In this document: in pieces, positions 10,401 to 19,806 of the stretch
Layout: each line of letters starts with the position of its first letter
Numbering within the stretch: position 1 is the stretch's first letter
Origin: a virus
Strand: one strand, 5' to 3'
Length of the DNA: 64,000 nt
Virus record (IMG/VR): IMGVR_UViG_3300032313_000668
Coordinates: 1 to 64,000 of that record
Made by a program: the position numbers and the translations under genes
Notes under the pieces: generated by a model
What the model saw: only the letters and a program-made list of their open reading frames with translations
What the model was told of the DNA's origin: nothing
Database searches by the model: none

Positions 10401-13400
10401 TTAACCACGACTTGCAAATTGGAGATAGATTCTCTGTTCGTACTCTAACTGGAGCAAATCAGGATGTATTCCGTGGAACTTATCGAGTCACTGCCACACC
10501 TTCTACTACTCGAGTTTCATACACCGCAAACCGTAAAACTGTAAATATCTCTCAGCGTCGTCTATCTAGCAATACTTCAATTATTGCTAACACAGCTCTG
10601 CCTCATGACTTTATAACTGGAAACTTTGTATATCTTGAAAATAACAGCGGTCTTGATGCCAACTTCTGGGATAACAAAGTAAATATTCTTAATAGAAGCA
10701 GTGAAGGTACTACAAGAACAATAAACACTGACAACCCACACTACTTGTCAATAGGTGACCGCTTTAGAATTACTGACTTGACTGGTGTTAATCCAGAGCT
10801 TTTCCAAGGAGATTGGGTTGTACTTGCTGTACCTAGCGCAACTCAGATTACCTTTACTGGTACAACATCTGTAAGCATTCCGCAGATTAACGTTACAGGA
10901 TTTGTTCAAAAAGCATATTCCATTACTCAAGGACCTGCATACACAGTTTCCGCGAGAAGCCGTGCTGCTAACGTAGCTGACATTACATTTACTGGAAACC
11001 ATGACTTATTAGTTGGCGAGCGAATTCGTATCGACAATATTGGTGGAGTAAACCCAGAACTGTTTAACGGCGAGTGGACTATCTCTGCCGTTCCTGCAGC
11101 TAACAGAGTTCAGTTTGTAACTCCTGCTTCTGGAACAGTAGCCAACGCAAGCGTTAGCGGAAACGTAAATGCTGTAAATCAAGTTCGTTTTACCATTCCT
11201 ACATATACACGAGCCTTGGCAAGCAGAGAGCTTATATCTCACACGGTGGCAAGCTTTACAACTACATTTGACCACTATCTTGCTGTTGGTACAACCATAA
11301 CAATTTCATCAATTACTGGAACAAGTCAGACCATATTTAACGGAACTTGGGTAGTTGCCTCTGTCCCTACTGCACGTACATTTACAGTAACTAGAACTCC
11401 TGCAGCTAACGTAACTACCTTCACTGTCACAAACCGTTCTAGAAGCGTAAACGTTGCAGATGTTACCTTCAACGCAGTTCACAACTTAAAAATTGGTGAC
11501 CAAATTACCATCAACAGTATTTCAGGTACAGACCCTGAAGTATTTAACGGTACTCACGTAATTACTGGCGTACCCACAACCAGCCGTGTACAATTCTTTA
11601 CTTTGACAGCTGGAGTTATTTCGTCTGCAGTTGTGACTGGAAACATTTTAGTTGAGCGAATTGCTACTGAAAACGTAAGCGGAACTACAACTCTTAACAC
11701 TATTCCAAACCAGACTCCTGCTGCTGGAAACCTTCTTCTCCGTGAGGTTGGTGCTTCTGCAATTACTGGAGAGCTAATTACAGATACCGAAATTCCAGGT
11801 CTTCAGAATCAGCAGATTTACTTTATTCAAAGAGTCGACGCTAACACAGTTCGTTTGTTTAATAATAGAAATCTAACACTACCTACAGACATTACTGGAT
11901 TTGGTATTGGCTCTCATGCGCTGGTTACATTCTCTGTAAACGTTGATGACGACTCAATTACTATTCCAAACAATGGATTTAGCCTTGGTGAACTAGTCGA
12001 GTACGACACAATAGGACAAACCGCTATTAGTGGACTAACTTCTGGTGTCCCTTACTACGTAATTCCAGTTGATGGAAATACTTTCCGTCTAGCTACAACT
12101 AGCCAAAATGCACAAGATGGAATTTATATTAATTTGCTTGCAACCCCTGCACCAGTAGGACGACACAAGCTAAAGTCTCTTATTAGAACTCCAGACGGAA
12201 CATACACAATTGGAAACGTTGTAGATGCTAACTCATTTGAGGTAACAGCTAATGGTTCCGTACCAGAGATTGTGAAGACATTTTCCCCAAGAACATCTGT
12301 AAACCTAGACCAGAACCTTATTCGAGTCCCATCTCACGGGTTCAATACTGGTACAGAGGTTACATATTTAAACGGTGGAGAAACATCTATCGGAGGTTTG
12401 ACAGATGACACTCACTACTACGTAATTGTTGTAAATAAAGACTTTATTCGTCTAGCTGAGACAGAGCTTGATGCTAACTCTGGTGTTCCTCTAACTTTAG
12501 AAACTTTTGGTGCTGGTAACGCTCATTCATTGACTACTCAGCAGATTAATGGTCAGATTACTGGTACAGGAATTATTACAACAACAGCTGGCTCAGTGTT
12601 GGTTTCTGGTTCTGGAACTTCATTCTCTAAAATTCTTAAAGTGGGAGATAGATTCCGAATCTTCCCGCCAGATGTGGCCCAGTCTGGATACTTTGCTGCT
12701 TCTAACATTACCACTGCAACAGAAGTAGTTGAAGTTGCAGCTCACCCATTTGTTACTGGAGATGCAGTTACATTCTCTCCAGGAACTGGTGGAGCACGTC
12801 GAGACATATTCCAGATTTCTGGTTCAACTACATCTAGAACAATCAGAACTCGAGAAGCACATGGCTACTCGAATGGAAATAACGTAACTATTTCTGGTTT
12901 AAGTTCTTCTGTTGGTGCAGACTTTGTTGGAACTTACACTATTACCAGCGTGCCTGACTTATATAGCTTTACATACAACCACCCAGTAAGCCTTGTTTCA
13001 ACAATTACAAATGAGTATCAAACAACTGGTTTGGCTCAGGCAACTGGTGCTGGTGGTGTGTCTCCGAACCCACTTGTAGAAGGATTCTTCTACTTTGTTC
13101 GCGCAATTCCTAACTCAAGCACCTTTAGCATCAACAACCGTCGTAGATTTACTGACGGAACAACCAGCTTCCTTGAGTTTACAACCACTGCTCCACACAA
13201 CATTCGTGCAGGAAACACTTTCACAATCACAAGCATCTCTGGTGTAAACCCAGAAGTGTTTAATGGAACTTTTGTTGCTGCAACTATTCCAAGCACTACA
13301 ACAATCCGCGTTGCGCTTCCAGCAATAATTGCCGACATTGCTGCAGCTGTTGTTACTGGAACATTGACTCCAAACTCCAGCAACACTATGACTCTGCACT

Positions 13401-16084
13401 CTCTAAAGAGTGATGCAATAGGTAACTTAAACCCAGTTGACTTTGCTACACAGGGTAGCGGTTTTGCTATGGCTCTTACTAAGACCATTCCATCAACACC
13501 TATTGTTCGAGAAATTGCTGCTATTGGTTCTGACACTCAAATCACAGTAAACCGACCATACAGCGCAACATTTACAGGAATTAACTTCTCTTACCCAACA
13601 TTCTTGTATGTACGTCCTCAGGGTTACTCACTGCACCGTCCATTCGATGGTGGTGTTGAGATGTCTACAGGATTTGGTACTTGGTATGGTCAGATTATTC
13701 GCCAGACTCGTAAATACTTCCGTTACCAGTCAGGTAAGGGTATTCAGACTTCTGCTGGTATCAACTTTAAGCCTTCAATTGATATTGAATCAATTGCAAG
13801 AGTTGGTACATCACAGGTAGTGGCAGTGCGAACAAGACGTCCTCATGGGCTGATTAACGGCCTACTATGTAGAATTGACGACACCTTAACTTCTCAGGGT
13901 GTTCTAAGCACGGTATACAACGGAACATTCCAAGTAACAGTTATTGACTCATTCAACTTTACCTTTATCGCGACTAATACAATCGTCGAGCCAATTGGTT
14001 ACGGCTACCCAAGACTCCACGTCACAGCGTGGGAAAATGGTGCACTGCGAGCTGGTATGTTCGACTTCCAGAACGGTATGTTCTTCGAGTTTGATGGTCA
14101 GAAGCTTTACGCAGTTCGTCGTTCCTCTACTCAGCAGATTGCTGGAACATGTGCAGCTCTACAGGGTTCCGAGCTTGTGTTTGGTACCGACACTCAATTT
14201 ACTCGTCAACTTACAGTTGGAGATTATATTGTTCTTCGTGGACAGAGCTATAAAGTAGCTTCTATCTTTAGCGACACTCGTATTTCTATCAAACCTGAGT
14301 ACAAGGGTTCTTCTGGAAACGAAAAAGAGTTTAACCCTGGTAATGGAACTACTGGAGTAGTTAAGGTAGCTGACAACTACTTTAACCTTATCAATCATGG
14401 TTTTGCTAACAACTTGCCAGTCGTTTATAACTCAATTGATGGAAGTCCAATTGGTGGTCTAATTACTGGACGTACTTACTATGTAAGTGTTGTAGATAAC
14501 AATAGATTTAGATTAAAGTCTAGCCCAGACGCTATACAGAATGTAACTTTGTCAAGTCCTGGAACTGGCACTCCTCACTCATTTATCCCAGCAAAGACTG
14601 GAATTATTGCAACCCTTACAGAAGATGTTAAGGCACCGCAAGAAGAGTGGACCATTGACCCTTGTGATGGAAGCGGCCCAACTGGCTACGACCTTGACTT
14701 GTCTAAAATTCAGATGATTTACATGGACTACTCTTGGTACGGTGCGGGTAAGATTCGTTACGGTTTCAAGACAACCGACGGTCAAGTTCGTTATGTACAC
14801 GAGTTTATTCACAACAACCGAAAGTACGAATCATACTTCCGCTCTGGTAACTTGCCAGCTCGCTATGAGGTAACTACCTTCAATAACCCAACCTACATTC
14901 CATCCTTGTTCCACTGGGGTACTTCGGTAATGATGGATGGTAAGTTCGATGATGACCGTGCCTACTTGTTCTCTAAGTCAAGCCCATCTCTAAATATTGG
15001 TGGAACAACAGCAAAGACCTTTGGTTCAACTGCTATTAACCCACTTAGAGAAATTATTAACATCCCTTCTCACGGTTTCAATACAGGAGATGCTCTTACC
15101 TTTACTGGAACCAGCTCTACTGGTCAGCCACAGGTAAACGCTCAAAACCCTACACTTGAAGTTGTAGCAGGAGTGCAGACAGCTACAAACCTAGACAACT
15201 CTCGAGTTGTGTTTGCTAGAGCACTAAATGCTAACAACATCATTCTGTACCCAACTCAAGCTTTTGCTAACGTAGCTCCAGTTCTAATCACTAGTAGACA
15301 AAAGATTAACGGAGTTGTGACTATAACAACTGGTGCTGCTCATGGATTTAGTATTGGAGACAGCGTTTGGGTAAACCTATCAACAGATAGTCAGGCTGAC
15401 GCATTTAACGGTTCGTTCAGAGTACTTTCTGTCCCAAGCGGAACTCAGTTTACATACAACAATGCGGCTCAGGGTGGTTTCTTTACAACTGGCTCCGCAA
15501 CCCCGCCTGTAGCATCAATTGCTGCAAGAAATGTAATTAACTTTACAAACCAAGGTAACCCTACTGCTACATATGCTCTTGCTCCAGGTGGTGCCCTAAA
15601 TAACACCTCTGGCACAAACTACCAGCCACTGATTTCGCTCCGTTTGAGCCCCTCAGTATCTGAAGGTTTGACTGGTGCTCTTGGTGACCGCGATGTTATT
15701 AACCGAATGCAGCTACGTCTAAATGAAATTGGTGTTCAGACAAACCAACTAATCGACGTTAAGGTTCTACTTAATGGTCGTTTGAACAACCTAAACTTCC
15801 AGTCAGTAGATGTACCTTCTCTGGTTCAAGTTATTGAACACACATCTAACGACACCATCTCTGGTGGAGTTCTTGTTTATAACTTCCGAGCTAACGGTAA
15901 CAACGGAGTAGAGCAATCTACACTTGTAGATATCAGTCAGTTGTTTGAGCTTTCAAACTCTATTTTGGGTGGAAACAGCGTATTCCCCGATGGACCAGAT
16001 ATTATTACAATTGCGGTTGCTCGTTTGACAGGTTCAGAAACACTAGCTTCCGCGAAGCTATCGTGGGCTGAAGCTCAGGCGTAA
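7481..16084 (+). CDS. 2867-aa repeat-rich virion structural/adhesion protein
   Basis: Gly-rich ALK/LTK-like domain (~7950-8840), many HG(F/Y)..G..V.Y..GL...YY and T..H.L..GD...FNG...VP repeats, and C-terminal RQTRKYFRYQSGKG / DYSWYGAG / RSGNLPARYE motifs. Confidence 0.75.
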   Translation: MSLDIQAIGGLGTHTLRKVNVNLAENYVYFANRDSGTAYPTAITDDAAWVYREGTGNITGLTTGTVYYTNTDQYSIAFASSAGGTNIDLTEYVAGTVTLNYPNVFQNALNISSVKYADQQAVKYYTNSDPINGLTSGQTYFVKNQLTGLGGSALYQFSDFTFTTGGVTGQNGPTIEQLRASYSSASWRNLYLNQGTFQGYQDWTVPEDGVYEFNVKGAPGRQGRALGGGGAIIRGRVRLTKGEIITIVCGQRGELPTSAINHPASSGASFVVRKSGNIPLFIAGGGSSSSSVTNGLNAVTTNTGGTSSRGFVGGTSGNGAVGRSSGGGGGGFFSAGGNSSNGGTGGGGFNNGLLGGNPGNTANGGRGGFGGGGGADGQTNGNPGGAGGYSGGATNDAAAGVGGGGGSFVLATATNIATSDGLYNGSNNLFGVAITNLAQYNTGDVEGEVSVTLVERSVFGFKLHPTASDAEAGLNEIPVSPAGSQFHAFVPVTLDLTSETINTLTPHGFSEGEGVQYFFNTTAAGGLDASTVYYIDRVDDYTFKLSLTPDPNFTTVNITRPANSTIQGFRRVIVNPSTDTITINNHGFLVDQPVRYSPGTGTAIAPLQNNSTYYIKDVVDANRFTLSQSLQGPVINITSPGTGTSHSFILTVVNDLEDTLYVPTHGYVSGQTVRYQKSRDFVISNVTSSGTTRVINTVEPHGIQVNSRITLDNFTRPAVSAPSIVVTRIASSGQTRTLTLAANHNLQTGMFIQVSGLTGVNASNFNGIHVVTAIPTGNTLTYTAEVSSTLSELILSGTATTMQRKPAFEFVEHTRVLNVRSIASSGTTRTIVTNEPHYLSTGYPIWIQGISGSVTGIQGDIGEYFNGIYFLASTPSTNTFTYVAAHDGEPSNLQPAITFNTTGVGTGGVNLGGTVYREVVASAVTSNSISYVMPQSSITVSPAETVTGRVSKIGVRLNNRNLTNTTLGDLTFDVNHDLQIGDRFSVRTLTGANQDVFRGTYRVTATPSTTRVSYTANRKTVNISQRRLSSNTSIIANTALPHDFITGNFVYLENNSGLDANFWDNKVNILNRSSEGTTRTINTDNPHYLSIGDRFRITDLTGVNPELFQGDWVVLAVPSATQITFTGTTSVSIPQINVTGFVQKAYSITQGPAYTVSARSRAANVADITFTGNHDLLVGERIRIDNIGGVNPELFNGEWTISAVPAANRVQFVTPASGTVANASVSGNVNAVNQVRFTIPTYTRALASRELISHTVASFTTTFDHYLAVGTTITISSITGTSQTIFNGTWVVASVPTARTFTVTRTPAANVTTFTVTNRSRSVNVADVTFNAVHNLKIGDQITINSISGTDPEVFNGTHVITGVPTTSRVQFFTLTAGVISSAVVTGNILVERIATENVSGTTTLNTIPNQTPAAGNLLLREVGASAITGELITDTEIPGLQNQQIYFIQRVDANTVRLFNNRNLTLPTDITGFGIGSHALVTFSVNVDDDSITIPNNGFSLGELVEYDTIGQTAISGLTSGVPYYVIPVDGNTFRLATTSQNAQDGIYINLLATPAPVGRHKLKSLIRTPDGTYTIGNVVDANSFEVTANGSVPEIVKTFSPRTSVNLDQNLIRVPSHGFNTGTEVTYLNGGETSIGGLTDDTHYYVIVVNKDFIRLAETELDANSGVPLTLETFGAGNAHSLTTQQINGQITGTGIITTTAGSVLVSGSGTSFSKILKVGDRFRIFPPDVAQSGYFAASNITTATEVVEVAAHPFVTGDAVTFSPGTGGARRDIFQISGSTTSRTIRTREAHGYSNGNNVTISGLSSSVGADFVGTYTITSVPDLYSFTYNHPVSLVSTITNEYQTTGLAQATGAGGVSPNPLVEGFFYFVRAIPNSSTFSINNRRRFTDGTTSFLEFTTTAPHNIRAGNTFTITSISGVNPEVFNGTFVAATIPSTTTIRVALPAIIADIAAAVVTGTLTPNSSNTMTLHSLKSDAIGNLNPVDFATQGSGFAMALTKTIPSTPIVREIAAIGSDTQITVNRPYSATFTGINFSYPTFLYVRPQGYSLHRPFDGGVEMSTGFGTWYGQIIRQTRKYFRYQSGKGIQTSAGINFKPSIDIESIARVGTSQVVAVRTRRPHGLINGLLCRIDDTLTSQGVLSTVYNGTFQVTVIDSFNFTFIATNTIVEPIGYGYPRLHVTAWENGALRAGMFDFQNGMFFEFDGQKLYAVRRSSTQQIAGTCAALQGSELVFGTDTQFTRQLTVGDYIVLRGQSYKVASIFSDTRISIKPEYKGSSGNEKEFNPGNGTTGVVKVADNYFNLINHGFANNLPVVYNSIDGSPIGGLITGRTYYVSVVDNNRFRLKSSPDAIQNVTLSSPGTGTPHSFIPAKTGIIATLTEDVKAPQEEWTIDPCDGSGPTGYDLDLSKIQMIYMDYSWYGAGKIRYGFKTTDGQVRYVHEFIHNNRKYESYFRSGNLPARYEVTTFNNPTYIPSLFHWGTSVMMDGKFDDDRAYLFSKSSPSLNIGGTTAKTFGSTAINPLREIINIPSHGFNTGDALTFTGTSSTGQPQVNAQNPTLEVVAGVQTATNLDNSRVVFARALNANNIILYPTQAFANVAPVLITSRQKINGVVTITTGAAHGFSIGDSVWVNLSTDSQADAFNGSFRVLSVPSGTQFTYNNAAQGGFFTTGSATPPVASIAARNVINFTNQGNPTATYALAPGGALNNTSGTNYQPLISLRLSPSVSEGLTGALGDRDVINRMQLRLNEIGVQTNQLIDVKVLLNGRLNNLNFQSVDVPSLVQVIEHTSNDTISGGVLVYNFRANGNNGVEQSTLVDISQLFELSNSILGGNSVFPDGPDIITIAVARLTGSETLASAKLSWAEAQA

Positions 16085-16093
16085 GGGGTCAAT

Positions 16094-16618
16094 ATGGCTA
16101 TCACTCGGTTGGGGACAGCTAGGCCCAATGCAAACCAAGCTGTTTCGTTATTTACTTTTACAGAAAGCTATTTAGTTTCTGTAATTGCTGCTAACGTTAA
16201 CAGCACTACTACTCCAATTCCTAGAGTATCTATTTTTGTCATACCTTCAGGCGCAGTAACAGAAACATCGTACTCTTACGTTGCTGCAAACATTACTCTC
16301 CCGTTCGGAACATCTTTTGAAACATTCCGATTTGCTGTAAACCCTGGGGATGTTTTAACAGTAAGACCGACAACAGCCGATGTGGCATTTACTGCCTATG
16401 GAATTATTCAAGATGATGTTGTAGGTCAAGGCGACTTACCTCAGACATTTACAAATAAAGTTATTAGAGGAGACTTTAATACTTTATATGTAGAGAGTGG
16501 AACTACTGCTCAAAGAAATCCAGCTTCAGAAGTGGGCTATGTACGTTTTAACACAGAAGCCGATACCCTAGAGGTGCGAACCTCCGCTGGGTGGAAGAGA
16601 GTGACGGTTACAGAATAA
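16094..16618 (+). CDS. hypothetical virion protein
   Basis: Long ORF. Its N-terminal domain is paralogous to the N-terminus of the next gene (shared SFETFRF). The C-terminal GTTAQR...GYVRFNT motif is common in phage fibre proteins. Confidence 0.65.
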   Translation: MAITRLGTARPNANQAVSLFTFTESYLVSVIAANVNSTTTPIPRVSIFVIPSGAVTETSYSYVAANITLPFGTSFETFRFAVNPGDVLTVRPTTADVAFTAYGIIQDDVVGQGDLPQTFTNKVIRGDFNTLYVESGTTAQRNPASEVGYVRFNTEADTLEVRTSAGWKRVTVTE

Positions 16619-18561
16619 TGGCTGTTAGAAGAATTGGCGTAGTTAATCCGCTTCCTAATATTGCAACTCCACTGCCAACCGCAACCCTTTCTGGTGTTTC
16701 GTCAGTAATTGCTGCAAACACATCTGGAGCTACTGCTTTAGTAACTATCTATATTCAACCAGCTGGAACATCTTCAGCTACAGATAGAGTTTATTTAGCG
16801 TCTAACCTTTCTATAACTACAGGTCAATCTTTTGAAACTTTTAGATTTGGTATTGTTCCTGGAGATGTTATCTGGACGCTTTCTGATATTAATGGATTGT
16901 CTTTTTCTGCCAGTCTTGTATATGAAACAGAAGGAAAAGTAAGCGTACTTTACCAAGAAAACCAACCAAACTTTCCTGAAGTTGGTTACATGTGGGTAAA
17001 GACAAGTAATGGAGAAGTTTATTTTTACACAGGCAGTGCCTGGGAGCAATTAGCTTACGTTGGTCTTGGACCGACTGGTCCAACAGGTGCAACAGGTTTG
17101 TTAGGTCCCGTGGGTCCAACAGGTGCACAAGGTTCTGGTGTTAGCGTATTAGGAAGCTACGCTACTGTTGAGCTACTTGAAGCTGATAACCCAATTGCAA
17201 ATGTTGGTGACGCTTATATTGTTCAAAATGAATTGTATATCTGGAATGACCTAAATCAAGAGTGGGACAACGTTGGCCCATTTGTGGGACCGATTGGTCC
17301 TACTGGTCCGACTGGTACTCAGGGAACTAATGGTGTAACTGGACCCACAGGTGCGCAAGGACCTACTGGTCCAGAAGGCGGACCAACAGGGCCAACTGGT
17401 GCAGCTGGTCCAACGGGCGCGACAGGCGCAAGTGGTGCAGCTGGTGCAACGGGAGCAACTGGACCCACAGGGGCTAGGTCGGCTCCCGCATTTAGGTTTG
17501 AAACTTCAACCGTGGACGGAAACCCAGGAGCTGGTCAGTTTAGGTTAAATAACTCAACAGTAGGCGATGTAACCCAGATTTTTATAAACAAAACAAGCTT
17601 TACTTTTGCCACAGACCTTTCTGCTTGGATATCGTCATGGGACAACTCGACTACATCGAATGATAGAGGAACTCTTTTCCTTTCCACCACCCCTGGCGCT
17701 ATTAGGACCGTCTTTGCGGTTTCTTCTGATGTTGTTGCCGTGGGAGACTATTTCCAAGTCCCAGTTACTTATGTTTCAGGATTGGTGCCTTTAGCAAGCA
17801 GTGTTTACAACTTTGAGTTCTCTCGAACTGGCTCTCTCGGTTCTACAGGACCAACTGGTCCTACGGGCCCAACAGGGACTACTGGCTCGGCGGGGCCAAC
17901 TGGTGCAACTGGTGCAGCTGGTCCAACAGGGCCTACAGGTGCGCAAGCATATCCAATAGATTTTCAGGGCAGCGTCGCTAACTTTGCTAGCTTGCCTACA
18001 GGACCAACAGCCGATGACGCGTACGTAACTGTTGACACTGGTGACGTATACTTCTGGGACGGAGCAGCGTGGGATAATATAGGTCCGCTTTTGGGCCCAG
18101 CAGGTCCAACGGGTGCAACAGGACCAACTGGCGCTGGCGCGACTGGTGCTACAGGTGACACGGGTCCAACTGGACCTACAGGACCAATAGGTCCAACGGG
18201 TGCAGCTTCAACTGTTACTGGTCCTACAGGTGCAACAGGTGAGTGGTCTACAGCACAGACTGTTCAGACTAAGAGTGCAAACTATACCCTTGTACTAGCA
18301 GACGCTGGAAAGCTCCTTCTACTAAGTAAAGTTAGTGCGTTTACATTGACAATTCCAGATGAAGCAACTGCGCCCCTAGGAATTGGACAGCAAATAAATA
18401 TTTCACAGTTTGGTACTGGACAAGTAACTGTAGAAGGTGCTGCAGGAGTTACTATTCGCTCAACTCCTACAACTAAACTTCGTACCCAGTACTCAACAGC
18501 TTTGTTGGTTAAAGTAGCTGCCGATGAGTGGCTTCTTACTGGAGATTTGGCGCTTAGCTAA
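16618..18561 (+). CDS. collagen-like virion fibre protein
   Basis: The likely start is ATG at 16618 (TAATG overlap, MAVRRIG) rather than 16591. Contains GPT tracts and a C-terminal domain (GQVTV.GAAGV.I...RTQYS..L.K...W.L.G.L) shared with 1185..3089. Confidence 0.8.
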   Translation: MAVRRIGVVNPLPNIATPLPTATLSGVSSVIAANTSGATALVTIYIQPAGTSSATDRVYLASNLSITTGQSFETFRFGIVPGDVIWTLSDINGLSFSASLVYETEGKVSVLYQENQPNFPEVGYMWVKTSNGEVYFYTGSAWEQLAYVGLGPTGPTGATGLLGPVGPTGAQGSGVSVLGSYATVELLEADNPIANVGDAYIVQNELYIWNDLNQEWDNVGPFVGPIGPTGPTGTQGTNGVTGPTGAQGPTGPEGGPTGPTGAAGPTGATGASGAAGATGATGPTGARSAPAFRFETSTVDGNPGAGQFRLNNSTVGDVTQIFINKTSFTFATDLSAWISSWDNSTTSNDRGTLFLSTTPGAIRTVFAVSSDVVAVGDYFQVPVTYVSGLVPLASSVYNFEFSRTGSLGSTGPTGPTGPTGTTGSAGPTGATGAAGPTGPTGAQAYPIDFQGSVANFASLPTGPTADDAYVTVDTGDVYFWDGAAWDNIGPLLGPAGPTGATGPTGAGATGATGDTGPTGPTGPIGPTGAASTVTGPTGATGEWSTAQTVQTKSANYTLVLADAGKLLLLSKVSAFTLTIPDEATAPLGIGQQINISQFGTGQVTVEGAAGVTIRSTPTTKLRTQYSTALLVKVAADEWLLTGDLALS

Positions 18562-19211
18562 TGCCTATTACCGCTGGAATGGTCAGTGCGGCTAGCGGTT
18601 TGAAAAACCCCGCTGGAGCCGTAGAGCTTAACTACCGTGTAAACCTTTGCGCTAATCCTAACTTTGACGGCTCTACTACTTTTTGGGCAGCAAACGGTGC
18701 AGGTGCTTCTATAGAAAAATCAGAAGAAGCTTTTATTTCTGGAACCAGCTCTCTTAAAGTAACCATGGATACTGGCTCGTTTACAGGCGCGGTCTATGGC
18801 AACTCGGGTAGAATTCCAGTTACACCAGGCGAATCTTATCGATTTAGTTTATATATAAAAACTGGACCAGATAACGAAGTCTCAAGTTACAGACTAAGAA
18901 CCAGAACATTTACTGCAATTTCAGGAGGGTCAACAATAGCCAATCCAGCTTCTGCAGCTGTAGAAATTCAACCAGACTCTGAGTGGACACGTTTGTCGTT
19001 TGCCCCCGTCTACTCTGACCCAGGAATTGCAGCGATAACTTTAACAATCGATAGAACAACTACTACAACCGCTTCTGGCGATTTCTTTTATATAGATAAT
19101 GTTATTTTTGAAAAATCTTCGACTCTAAAAGATTATTTTGATGGAAACTCGCCAGGAGCCTTTTGGGGAGGGGCAGAAAACGCTAGTATTAGCGGTATAA
19201 CTCCTTACTAA
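18561..19211 (+). CDS. carbohydrate-binding (CBM4/9-like jelly-roll) domain protein
   Basis: NL..NP.F....W, G..SLKV, IPVTPGESYRFSLY, WTRLS and FYIDNV.FE pattern. Confidence 0.6.
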   Translation: MPITAGMVSAASGLKNPAGAVELNYRVNLCANPNFDGSTTFWAANGAGASIEKSEEAFISGTSSLKVTMDTGSFTGAVYGNSGRIPVTPGESYRFSLYIKTGPDNEVSSYRLRTRTFTAISGGSTIANPASAAVEIQPDSEWTRLSFAPVYSDPGIAAITLTIDRTTTTTASGDFFYIDNVIFEKSSTLKDYFDGNSPGAFWGGAENASISGITPY

Positions 19212-19233
19212 GAGAGACAAAGAGGAATGACAA

Positions 19234-19806
19234 ATGGACATGCCGAACTGGTTCGTCAATGACGGACAGAAAAATTTTGCATATAACTTAGGCTCCCTAA
19301 CTCAGCGCCCCGTGAGAATGCTTCAAATAGGAGCTTATACAGGAGACGCCAGCATTTGGTTGGTGGAAAATATTATGCAACACCCAGATTCAGTTCTAAT
19401 AGATGTAGACACCTGGGAAGGCTCTGACGAACCGTCACACCACGGAATGAACTGGGGAACAGTCGAAGAAGTCTATGATGCAAAAACTTATAAAGCTAGG
19501 TTAGAAAGAAAAGTTATTAAGTTCAAAGGAACTAGTGACAACTTCTTCAAGTCAAACCAAGAGCTATACGATTTTATCTACATTGACGGAGACCACACAG
19601 CTTATGGTGTAATAAAAGATGCTGTAGCAGCCTATGAGTATCTGGCAGTGGGTGGAATTATTGCTTTTGATGACTATCAATGGTCTGCTGGTCTAGGTGT
19701 CACTAGAGAGCCAAGGGTTTCTATAGATGCTTTTACACAGATTTATTCCGATAGAGTGACTATAATTGTAGATGGTTATCAACGATGGTTCAGGAAAATG
19801 AGGTAA
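19234..19806 (+). CDS. class I SAM-dependent methyltransferase (Methyltransf_24-like)
   Basis: LQIGAYTGDAS motif I, DVDTW, YDFIYIDGDH and GGIIAFDDY motifs. Confidence 0.85.
   Translation: MDMPNWFVNDGQKNFAYNLGSLTQRPVRMLQIGAYTGDASIWLVENIMQHPDSVLIDVDTWEGSDEPSHHGMNWGTVEEVYDAKTYKARLERKVIKFKGTSDNFFKSNQELYDFIYIDGDHTAYGVIKDAVAAYEYLAVGGIIAFDDYQWSAGLGVTREPRVSIDAFTQIYSDRVTIIVDGYQRWFRKMR

Noticed and set aside
19234-19806. DNA methyltransferase explaining restriction evasion
   Set aside because: It lacks DPPY/NPPY or PC catalytic motifs; the IDGDH/DDY pattern fits small-molecule or sugar O-methyltransferases.
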